NCBI GenBank assembly: GCA_013265495.1
Contig: MU058716.1
Coordinates: 130,264 to 194,263, forward strand
Length of the DNA: 64,000 bases
From: Vicugna vicugna
Lineage: Eukaryota
Direction of reading: 5' to 3'
The position numbers were made by a program, and so were the translations under genes. Positions 63,126 to 64,000 of this stretch are shown here, one piece after another. Every line of letters begins with the position of its first letter. Within the stretch, counting starts at the first letter, position 1. Below the pieces are notes generated by a model. That model was not told the DNA's origin. It did not search any database and saw only the letters and a program-made list of their open reading frames with translations.

Positions 63126-64000
63126 CTGACTTGGCTTTCAATTTAAAAACTCTGGTAACGACAGTTATAACTGGGGAAAGCTCACAATGTGGTACCACGG
63201 CATTTGATCAACACCCAGTGGACTGGCTCCAGTCCGTCGCTAGGTTCCCTTATGACGGGGCTTATGGTGTCACAGAGCAGCTGCCCATGTCACAGAGCCA
63301 CTGAGCCTGTGTGTAAGACAGTTAATAAAGGATGAAAAATGTGAATTCACGGTATAGCAGATTTTACTATCAACTCTGCTGCCTATAGAACTCAGATCTA
63401 TAGATTACCTATTTTAATCTCAAGGACTACAATGAAAGCCCACTAACACTCTGCACGAGAAGGTGGAAAACTTGATTTCTGTGTATTAAGACAGGATTCC
63501 CAAAAGAGTCTGTTTCTTCTACGGAAAAAGGGTTTAAAGAATATTTCAAATATTGTTAAGGCTGAAAACAAGAAACTAATATTACAAATGTGAACATTTT
63601 CATCAAGATGCAAAATATTTCACTTTTTAAAAAGCTGTATTTAATTGTGCTAAGTAAAGACAAAATGAAAAATGTAGAATCAGTATCATTTTAGTGTCTT
63701 CAGTATTTGTCTTTCCCACTGAGTTTTTTTTAAACAGTGTGGCTAACAAATTGCAAAAAAATCAGTGGAGTTAAATTTTACCTACTTTTACCTTGCAAAT
63801 ATCAGCTGAAAGCACAGACAGAGCTAGCCACGTCAGACTGGTATTTACATGTCTGCTCTGTTAAAACCTAACGAGGACTGCAGTGGGGCCCTGAGTCCTC
63901 TCTGTGTGCAGGAGATAAACAAATTCTGTCTGAAACCTATGGTCTGAATTTAAAAAGAGAGAAGTGGTTATCTGTTTCTGGTATTGTAATTATAAATGGC

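Overview
Mammalian genomic DNA, most likely camelid, judged from repeated tRNA-derived Vic-1-like SINEs. The right half (about 28.9-63.1 kb) carries most of the CREM gene on the minus strand. I traced these exons with canonical GT-AG boundaries and consistent phases: theta1, probable theta2, C (Q1), E and F (KID, with the RRPSY PKA site), G (Q2), the ICER first exon with its CARE cluster, a probable second CRE-driven intronic first exon, gamma, H, and two alternative bZIP exons. The 3' UTR has three AATAAA signals. Exon B and promoter P1 were not found and presumably lie beyond the right edge. The left half is mostly L1, L2, MIR, MaLR and ERV relics. It also holds two phase-compatible minus-strand exons (764-1091) encoding a signal-peptide-led protein I do not recognise, and a plus-strand sequon-rich candidate exon at about 20.2 kb. 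Other notable points: the gamma exon lies inside an antisense MIR, an old L1 at about 23.5 kb has become CpG-island-like, and the ICER promoter and 3' UTR look GC-shifted. Cross-species and repeat-consensus comparisons are from memory and need alignment. Repeat boundaries are approximate.
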